NCBI GenBank assembly: GCA_964187785.1 | Contig: CAXLNC010000137.1 | Coordinates: 1 to 64,000 of the forward strand | Length of the DNA stretch: 64,000 bases | From: Amphiscolops sp. MND2022 | Taxonomy: Eukaryota | Reading direction: 5' to 3' | Shown here: piece by piece, positions 54,426 through 64,000 of the stretch | How positions within the stretch are numbered: the first letter of the stretch is position 1 | Layout: every line of letters starts with the position of its first letter | Notes under the pieces: model-generated | The model's database searches: none | Seen by the model: the letters and a program-made list of their open reading frames with translations, nothing else | What the model was told of the DNA's origin: nothing | Translations under genes and position numbers: made by a program

Positions 54426-54629
54426 GAAATCTCTGACCTGCGAGCTGCACTCTGCAAGTTCCTCCATGGCTTATCATTTTATCTCCAAGGTGCGACAAAG
54501 TGGTGTGTCATGCAAATGGACCATCGATCTCTCTCGTCCCGAAGAAAGGTCGAGGTGTACCAACACTCTTGGCGCCGCTCTAAAGGGACGGTGGAGCAGT
54601 CATTCAGAGCAGCGGTCGTCCAAAGACTC
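54426..54629 (+). CDS. Possible exon of an unidentified gene (EISDLRAALCKFLHGLSFYLQGATKW...)
   Basis: AG|G acceptor and an open, protein-like frame between repeat blocks; boundaries uncertain. Confidence 0.25.
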
Positions 54630-54639
54630 GTAACATTAG

Positions 54640-54880
54640 GAAACGGGAGGAATACTGTTTCGAGAGTACTGTTTCGGAGAAGAGAACTCACTGAGCCTCA
54701 CTGAGTTTTGGGGCAAACTCGGTGAGTTCTGCGAAGAAAAACTCAGTGAGTTCGTTTTGGCACGCAAATCATAGGCTGAAAGGAACTCATTGAGTTCGCT
54801 CCCCGGAACTCAGTGAGCCCCAAAACACTCACTGAGTTCGGTGTTTGAAACCGTACTCCCCGAAACCGTATTCGGCCCGT
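54640..54880. repeat. CTCACTGAGTT/AACTCAGTGAG-rich palindromic repeat
   Basis: Multiple copies of the motif in both orientations. Confidence 0.65.
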
Positions 54881-57800
54881 TTCCGAAACATGGACGACAA
54901 CAATTCTCGATCGATTTGAAGGCTGTTTCCAGCGGGCCAAAATGGACTCTTCAATAGCACCATTTCGGACGACGGCTTCTCTGAATACAAACGTCTGCTC
55001 CGTTAGCGCGTTCTCACCATTGTTGTGAGACCTGTGAGCTTTTCCTGCCATTTTATTGCGGTTTCTGCACCTTCAGACAATGATCTTTGGGTGTCTGGAA
55101 GAGTCTTGTGCACCACTGCGATGGGAGTATAAGGTCTCGCGACGATGATCGGGGCCAAGGAAAGGCAGTGGGTCAAGGCAACCCCCTTGAATCCTAGGCA
55201 TGAGATGATCCACTACGAGCTTGCAATCATAGCCCAACATATAGAGGAGAGAGAGAGAGAGAGACGCTGAGCAATGGGACAAGACTTTTGCCACACTCAC
55301 CCGCGAAACTGGGTTGAGCGCAGGTTTTTATTCTGCTCTTTTTTGCTCCAACACTCGAACATGAGCAGAAAATGCCCACACATGGCACCTTTTCTCTCCA
55401 CGCGAAACCCAGGTTGCGCGAAACTCTGGCGATATGCCCTTTTGAAGCAATGCTCTGCGAGAAAGAAGAGCACATATGAGGCTTGCACAACAAAATGTTA
55501 GTCTATAGGATTTGGCCACGCATATCGTGTCTGCCATGGTCACTCTGAGCATGTGGATGGCAACAACTAGACATGAGGTCCAACAGTTGTGATCATCATT
55601 GGATGCTGTTCTTTTTTAAGATGGAGCTTTGCGTGTTGGAGACTTCTTTGACAATTCCAGATCGTGAGCTTTGTCATGCGATGACTTCGAAGAGTAAACA
55701 TGTGCCATCTTGGCAAAGGTAGGTGATGCTCCAATGATTGAAGAGCAGAGGATCTGTGTCTGTATTTGGTGGATGTACATGTATCTGAGTTAGTTTTGAA
55801 TCGCCTTCCCAAAGAAGTAGTGCAGAACTCGACACCGAATATGACCGGGCCAAGGTTCCACTGCACAATGGAAATGATCCCCGCCCGCCCCTGGTAGTCC
55901 AAAAGCCCTTCTGTTTCCACCCCTAATAAACAAAGTACAAAACCAGGGAACGCAAGGGGTACAAGCGAGGTACGGCGCGGAACTTCCTCCATTCATTTGA
56001 TGATTTCCATTGTCCGGTACCCCGGTCGGCCAGTCATATTGGGCATGGAAGATCTATTCATGTGGGGGAATCCCTTTCGGGTTGTGTTCCCAGAAGCACT
56101 GTCGGAGAGGGATCATGAGTGCGCTCGGGGGTGTATAAAAGAGGGGAGGATAACATTCCTGCTGTGCTGCGGGCTTCACAACGTACCCCCCTCTTGTGAC
56201 AATGCCTTATGGCCTTAAACGGGGGAGGGAGCGAGGCCTATATCATTTCTCCCTGGGAACAAGCTAAAATCTAATACGCAAAAACTTCTCAAACACCACA
56301 GCAAAAAGGGAACGGAAATCAGCCCGAAGCTTTTCAGACTGAAGTTTTGTCATGGACGTCCTGACAGGATGTCCGCGCCAGAATGCTTGTGTTTTTTTTC
56401 TAGCATTTGGAGGGCTTGACCAAAGTTTTTGACCGGATGTCCGCAGAGATATCCGGCCCAAAACGCCCTCTTTGGGCTGACGTTTCGAACACTACAGTAA
56501 CCTCGAAGACCGTAGCCTCTTTAAACTAAGGAGTCTAGACTCCTCTTTCCCATTTTCCGAGGCGATGCTAATACTTGGGGATAGTGAGCTCTGCTCCAAA
56601 GGCTATGATCGCAAGCCCTCAGGAGCGCGAAATGCTGTAATCGCCAAGGAAGAAAAGAGGGGAAAACTCCAAATGCCTTCATCGTCTAGGAAAAACGGCC
56701 TAGACCCTAATGTAGGGAGGTTAGGGTTTTCAGGGAAGTTGGTATGGCCGGAGGGGTTGTAAGTCAGTCTTTCCCATCCTCATGATGCGCGCCAATGTAC
56801 CATCCTGGCCGAAAAATTATTACCAAATATTTCCTTGGAACATTTATAATATTACAACAATAATTCCACCAGACATTTTCTTTGTAATGTCGCTGCCACT
56901 GGTTTGTCCCTGTTTGCAAGAGAACATGCGAAGGAATTTGGTTTGTGAAGAGATTGTTTTGTAATTTTACGAAATTAATTGTGCCAAAACAATTCTTTTG
57001 AAAAGTATTTTTTGTAATAATTTTGGCCGCGATGGTAGTGGAGGGAAGGGGTACAAGATGAGGGAAGAAGAAGTCTGCTATTCAAGGCTTGCAAAGAAGT
57101 CTACTATCCAAGGCTTGTTAGGTTAAGGGCCCTGCTGGTGAGGGCAACCCCCAAGCTACACTCTGACAACAAAATATGACGAAAAATGCCTGTAACCTCA
57201 TTTGCTGGGCTGTTTGTGGGTTTCAAGATGTCATGAAACAGCAGGAAATTAGGAGCAATGAGGGGAAAACAAAAAAGAAATTGACGGCGAAAGAAACCGA
57301 AGATACAACAACAAAAACCGTCACGATTTTGTGGCATTTGTTGTTGGCCATTCTTTTCACTACAAAATCGGGGCTTTTTAAAGATGTTTGCCGTTTTTGG
57401 ACCCACCAATTGAGGTTACAATCAAAAAAACCTAAGACTTAGTCTTAGCTGTTCTGGATGGATTCAGCGCATTCGAAACTTCCAGGAAAGAAAGACATGT
57501 TCAAGGGATAGTGTGTAAAAATACGAAGAGGGAGGGTCCGAGACCTCTATAGTGAAACCCTTTCTGGACCTATGATGTATACCTTTCTCCCTTGTTTCCC
57601 AAGGACATGGTACACACCATAGCTGTTTTGCTCTGTGACCTCGGGGTCGGGCGGACGGGTGCCACGGTGGTGGTGCATACCCTCCGTTCTTTTGATTTTA
57701 CGTAAATAATTCGAAGCAATTACTGTAATGTAATGCCTGATGTAATTCTAATTCAAATTAATTCCAGGGAATTACGGTAATGTAACTGTAACGGTTTTAA

Positions 57801-60800
57801 TTCTGAGATCTGAGGCAAGCTTAGCAGGCCTCTTTTCCAGTTACGTGAACCTAATTAATTATTTTGAATTACTGTAATGTAGCTGCGATGTAACCTGCAG
57901 GGCTAATTAATTCAAAAAAATTAGAAAATGGATGTAAAATCAACCGAACGGGGGGGTATTTTTATAGGCGCGGGGATTTTTTCTGACATTGAGGATGGAA
58001 AACGGCTCACCCTCACTAAGGCCTAATTTCAAGAACCTCTTAATGCCCCTTTTCTTAATGGGCTGTTTTCCAGTGGATTTTCGAGAGGTAAAACGGCCCC
58101 TTAGGACGGAATCGGGGAAACGCCCCATTAAGGTCGGAAAACGGCCCATTAAGGAGGGGAAACGGCCCATTAAGGCCATGGTGCTGGTTGGCATTTCAGT
58201 CGGCTGCTTAATGGGCTGTTTCCGGGCACCTCCGCCATGGCGGAAAACGGCCCCTCTAAAAAGACCCATTAAGAGGTCTATGATCATTGCACTGGTTCGT
58301 TTTTCAATCGGCTGCTTAGTTGGATGCTTTTGGTCATGCACACCATGGTGGAAAGGCCCATGAGGTCTATGACAGAGGACACAAAGTCGATCAATCGAAT
58401 GGAGCCATTATTGTCCTCCTTGAGCTTAGTAAAAAATCGAATGGGGGGGTTTCGGAAGGGGGCTTTTCAAATAGCAGATTTGTCCTCAAACCCGACATCG
58501 CAATAGCAAGCGAAGTATCTATTTTAAGTAAGAATTCCCTTGCAATAACCGATTTCCACGCGAAGAAAACGCAGCACATTCAACTATTTGAAGAGCCCCT
58601 TCCTGGGTCCCCCCCCCATTCGCGATTCCCAACTTGAGCTTAGTGGGCTTAAGAACGCAAACACAAAACGCCGCGTTTTTTTGAACGCAAAAGACCAAGA
58701 CGCCGTTAACGCGTGTCTCTGAACGGGAACCTGGGGCCCACGGAAAGAGGAGGTTGGAGAAAGGGTGGCAAAGGTTGGCGAAAGGTTAGTGAGGGGTTGG
58801 CGAAGGGTTGGCGAAGGGTTAGCGGATTTCCTTGCACCCTCCAATTTCGGAATTTCCGAGGCGCCCGTTTAGAGACACTGGTTTGTAACTCCACGGGCAA
58901 AAGACCTGAACGCAAGCCCTGGCCCCAGGGAAGCCTCTAAAACGCAAGAAATCATCGCAATGCGTTTTTTGAACGCTAGCGTCTTACCATGCAAGTCCCT
59001 AAGTCGCAACCTCTCTTGGGGCTTCCATTGGGTAACCTCCACCCTAAAACATGCGTTTTAGAACGCTGCGTTTTAGAACGCAAACGCGAACCGAACACAA
59101 ACGCAAGCGTTTTTAGGAACGCTGCGTTTTAGGACACTAAATTCTTGAGCCAAAAAGTATTAACTGTTCTTCTGGTTGACCGCCTTGCTGTCCATCTCAT
59201 CAAGTGTCTTGTAAAGCTGGCAAGAGACTCAACCCCAATAGCTTGACTCCAAAGAGAGAACCTCTATCAGAGTCTATCTTGCACTTCCAGTCGCTCTGGT
59301 CACAGGCACGAGAAGCGCATCTTGAAGACAGAGCTTCAAGAACGACTTCAACAATCATTCAGCGTAATCATCATTAGACATGAATCAGATGATGAAGCAA
59401 ACAAGTCACATCCATTCTTAACATTGAAGTTCTTTCTGCCCTCCATCGAACCCTCTTTGTCCCAGCGATACTGGGGTGTTTGTACAACAGGCAAACCCAA
59501 CTGGTCCTGGGGACAAATTCTGGGTTGTCCTAAGGGCAACTGTTAGCGTGGCCACCCCTGCAGAGCCTCGCGGTGAAAAAAACCTTTTTTTTTGTGCAAA
59601 TTTTGGGCGGTGAAAAACTTTCAAAATTAGTTGAAAAGTGCCGGTGAAATATTTTTAAGCGGCCTGAGAGGGGCTAAAAGTTTTTTCGGTCGCGTTTCGG
59701 ATCGTTTTTCGGATCTTTTTTTCGCGCTTTTCAAACCATTTTTCGTATCGATTTAAAAGTTTTTCGGGGGCAGTTTCATTCTGCAGACATGCCGCCCTAA
59801 GCAACTGGCCCCAAGCGTTTAGGTTTACATCATCAAGTTTGAATAAGACCGACAACAACATTACACAAGATAACGCATAAACACAACTTCACGGTGGGGT
59901 TATCCAGAGAGTGTCCCGGGACTAGCACGGCATTTTCCTGAGATTTCCTTGAATTTTGTTTATGTGGTACCCTTTTTCCGCCAAGAGAAAGGCAACACAT
60001 AAACAAATTTGACCCCCAACTACTCCCAGGACAATCCCGAGCAATTGACAATGCTTATGTTTATTGACTTTTGTCCCCCCATGTAACTGTTTGGTCATAG
60101 TTTCTTTCTGGGGGCCCTGTCCAAGGCTTGCCCATTACAACTCCAATTCAGCCAGCCCACCCTGAAGAGGATAAACTCCAACCCCCTTTTTTTGCGGTAG
60201 ATACCATCCCAACGAGAACAAATACACTTCGAGTTCCTGGGGATTTTTTGACGTATGCGTATTCGTATTGAATCCGAATTCATTAGCCAGGAATACATTT
60301 CACGTATGTGTATTCGCATCTGTTACGAGATGAAATCCTGCGATATGTGTATCTAATTCAAATCGATGGTGCTCAGGATTTTTCACGTATGTGTATGCGT
60401 ATTGAATTCGTAATTCAGGTCTCAAAACAAAAGCATGCGCATGTATCTTTCCTGTTGGGATGGTAAACGAGAAACGCTCAGATGTCCACAAAATCGTTTG
60501 TCCAAAATATAGGACCGCCAACCACGCGCCATCACCACAAAGGGCCCTTCCTCTGCAGCTGGTATTTCGGAGGGGCAAGATACGCACCACCCTCAATTTT
60601 GTGCTTGCGATGTCAATCGTCGAATTTGTGGGAGTGGTGCGTAGATTTCGCGGTCTGACCATCAAATTGCAGTTCCACCCTCCCCCCAGGAAAAGTGTCA
60701 ATTTCGAGGAAGTTCTGCCGATTTTGCAATTTCTCTCATCTTGGGCCCCTTTCGGGGTGGGGGGGTTAATAAATTCTGTGGGGGTTAGTAAATTCTGTGG

Positions 60801-62930
60801 GCCAAAAGTTTATGGACGTCTGGACTTTTCTGAATCAAAAGGAAACACTAAAAGTTCACAGCAACCTTTCTTAAACTCTCACTATAAGAATGTGGCTGTA
60901 ACCTCAGTGGGTGGGCAGGTTTGGGTCAAAATCTCAAAAGATCCCCAGTTTTAGTCAACATCGGCCATGAAACACCCCCACCTAAATTTTGGTGGGTTTT
61001 TTCATGTTTCAATGTTTCTTCTTTGTTCTTATCTTTGCCTTATTCTGCCTTAGTTTCTCTTCTCTCCCTCTGCTCCTTGACAGTTTCAATCCTAAAAATG
61101 GCCCTCCCAATGAGGTGCCTAAGGTCTATGCCATAAAGATGACAAATTGGACGGACTTCAGCAGCACATGGCTGGAAAATAGCTTTAGGAAACGCCAGTT
61201 TGTTCACAAATGTTTGTTCACACTTTTGGCGCCACTTCAACTCCCCCCCTTCCCAACCAGCAAAGTGATGGATTTCCTCTGGAATTTCTTTTTGAAGGAC
61301 CTCAAACAGAATTGCAAGCACTCAGCCAAAACTGCGAACCCTTCAAAAATTGCGAACAAACAGAATCATGAACAAACAAGAGTTTCGTAAGAGCCGATTT
61401 TTGGGAAGGGGATGAGGACAGCAACTTTTCAATTGTCAGAGTCCGGCGGTTCAGTGAATCGCCCGGACCTCTTCACTGAATTGCCCTTGCTGTACAAATC
61501 CTTACCAAACCCCTCATTCACTGAATTGCCTCCCCCCTTTTCACTGAAACACCCTTTTTTTCACTGAAAAGTGCTTCGTCGCATCCCCTTCCCCAAAAAT
61601 CGGCAGGCGTTTCGGAAGCTTGACAACTGCTGGATCCGCTCCTGAGGATCTTGCATATGAGCGCTTGGTGCTGTTAGCAGCTGATGACTGTGCAACTGCT
61701 GCTCTTTGAGTACACCGCTGGACCTGAGCACGCCACACAAGATCAAAAGACTTGTCATCTCCCAACTCGTTAACCTTTTCTAATGATAGGGGGGACCGAA
61801 ATTTAGCCCGAAGTTTCCTGCCCGAAGCTTTTTTTGCACCCCCTGGGGTCATGGACGTCCGCGTGTTAGGGTCATGGATGTCCGCACCCAAATGTTTCTT
61901 TTTCCAAGGTTTCGAGGGCCTGCCCGAAGTTTTTGACCTGGGACCGCACGAATGACCCCGGGACGTCCGCGGGATACCCATCCTGAAAACTTTCTCTTTA
62001 GGCTGTTTTTTTTTCGTTCCTGATAATTAGTGAGGATTTCTGGGCTTTTCTCTCTCTTCTCAGCGATCGCAATGTTTTTATACCCTCTGACGAATGTGCT
62101 GAAAATACTGCGATCGCTTGGAAAATCAAGCAAAGGCAGAAATCCTCACTAATTAGTAAGGACAAGGTTAACAAGGATTTGGCTTTTCTAGATCTAGCAC
62201 ATGGCCTGATTCTCCTTTGCTTGTCGACACTCTGAGGGGCTCTCGCGAATCTCTAAAACGTGGACCTTCTTTTAAAAGACACCTATTACAAAAGACCCCT
62301 TTTCTGACACCTAATCTAAGCGGGCACACCGGTTACTCTAGGAGTCCAGGGCACGCGCTTAGCGGAATCACCTTCCCGAAGCCGCTTTCTGAGAACCCCA
62401 TTCTCAGAGCCCCCCAAAAGGGGCCGGAAAATTAGTGCCGCGCGAAAAGTGTCGAAAAATATTTTAAACCCTTTTTGATGATTTTTCCTTGACGGCGGCA
62501 GTAGTGCTTTAGCAATAGGGTTTTAGTCGAGACCAATTTTGAGGCCTCTAAAGCACTATATTTAAAGGCATTTCGGAGCCTCAAAAATGGTCTTGACTGA
62601 AACAAAACACGATTATTAAAGCACGATTTCCCCGTTCACGGTTTGTTGGGGGGAGAGGAAGTGGGGGCGTAAAACGTACAAGCGTATCCCAAAGTGTGAG
62701 GGAGACTAGCAGGGACGAGTCCCAAAACGTTCTCTCCACCCAAAGGCTCTTCGGAGCAGGAGGTTTGGGGCTCCCGATTTTTTTGGGGATCTCTCCAAAG
62801 TTGTTCGCCGCACTCCGCGGGATACACCCGTACCTCTGTACACCCGTACTTCCCCGTGGCCAATTTTTGCCCTGCGCGGAAATTCGGGGGTTGACAAAAG
62901 GGTGGTTTTCCAAAAGGGTGGTTTTGGTGG

Positions 62931-63050
62931 ATGTTCCCCCGGAACGAAAACCGGAACGAAGGTACATTCGGATGTTCTCCCGGAACGAAAAACCGGAACG
63001 AGGGTACGTTCGCATGTTCCCCCGGAACGAAAACCGGAACGTGGGTGCAT
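62931..63050. repeat. About 41-bp tandem repeat x3 (ATGTTCCCCCGGAACGAAAACCGGAACGAGGGTACGTTCGC)
   Basis: Three adjacent near-identical units. Confidence 0.85.
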
Positions 63051-64000
63051 TTGCCAAAACCACCATTTTACGAAATCGCCCTTTTGTCTCCTCTAAGAAA
63101 AATGTCGGAAAGCGTCAAAGAAAAATTTTGACACTTTTCCCAAAGCAGTTTTTGAAGCAAAAAAAGAAGAAATAACCTTGCAAGGCTACTTGTTACCTTA
63201 AGAAATAAAAATAGCCTTGCGTTGCCAGGTTATTTTAGAGGCAATTTTTGAGTTTATTTTAGACAATGAATATGTATTTTCTTGGATTTTTGAGGTTATT
63301 TTTCAAGCCCGCCTTTCTGTAAAAATAACCTCAGAAAACAACCTTAACCTCGGAAATAAAAATTACTTTCAAGGCTACTGTTTGCCTTAAAAGATTCTTA
63401 GGGTTTGACGTTTTCTGACGTGGCCCCTTTCCGCTGGCCCCTTTTGCGGTCCACTGGCATTCTAAGAACCCTTCGGAGGTCCCTTTATTTTCTTTTAAGC
63501 TCCACTAAAAGACACCTTCTAAGAACCCTTCTCTGCGAACATCTGTGGCTCCCAAATGACGCAGTCTGTAGGAAATGGCAACAAGCCGCTACCACTGAGG
63601 CCGAAATTATTACATAATGAATTTGAAACCAATTCTGTAGTGTAACAACTGGTTACATAACCGGTAAATTAATTTGAAAGCAACTATGTAATTTTGTCCG
63701 GTGCCCACATAACAACGCAAGAGATACATAATCGAGGAAAGAATTCGAACCCAATTCTGTAATGTAAAAATATTAGGTAATCGCTGAAATCAATTTGAAA
63801 CAATAACGTTATGTAATGTAGTAATTTTGGCCCCAATGGTAAGAAACCAACAACTGTGAAAGTCGGCAACTTTTCGCATTCAGAACCCGGTTTGTCCCCT
63901 CAGGTCTGCCCCCTTGAGAGCTGCCAGATGAACTGCTAGCTAGAATGCTACCGCCATAAGCACCACGTACCTTAGAAAGAGAAGAGCTTGAGCCATAGCA

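Noticed and set aside
59305-59500. Possible plus-strand exon (HEKRILKTELQERLQQ...), plus similar candidates near 5930-6078, 20110-20330, 23480-23680, 37655-37725 and 42250-42620
   Set aside because: Protein-like, but frame and splice boundaries are ambiguous and no homology was recognised; not supportable without transcripts.

Overview
This is eukaryotic nuclear DNA, inferred to be dinoflagellate (Symbiodiniaceae-like) from AG|G splice junctions, a GC donor, a spliced-leader relict and the style of the RCC1-like repeats. It has three N gaps. No rRNA, tRNA or CRISPR array was seen. Main contents: (1) Two diverged copies of an unusual AGCT-saturated LTR retroelement, E1 (10480-18228, minus) and E2 (26011-33456, plus). 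Both have very short LTRs (117 and 85 bp, TGCTAAG...CTTAGCA), a tRNA-iMet-type PBS, a PPT and an intact aspartic protease motif. Both lack a recognisable integrase and carry a Ty1/copia-like RT/RNase H whose catalytic Asp residues are replaced at the same positions (YVDD to HKRD in both). This is fused to about 4 kb of repeat-coding sequence (LxSLTL repeats, a hydrophobic helix, a 15-bp/5-residue array) that reads into the 3' LTR. E1 has a perfect 5-bp TSD. The part of the LTR conserved between the copies starts with the 3' end of the dinoflagellate spliced leader. (2) A nearly intact CRE/NeSL-like non-LTR retrotransposon (46241-52761, minus) with a spliced-leader relict at its 5' end next to a (GAA)n tract, zinc-finger/coiled-coil ORFs, a 2A-like motif and one frameshift in RT. 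(3) A multi-exon host gene for a ubiquitin-like plus RCC1-like repeat protein (41620 to 33804, minus) and scattered exons of unidentified genes. (4) A dense mosaic of short palindromic, MITE-like interspersed repeats and microsatellites. The best candidate for an undescribed system is the AGCT-rich pseudo-RT LTR family. Its novelty was not checked against any database.
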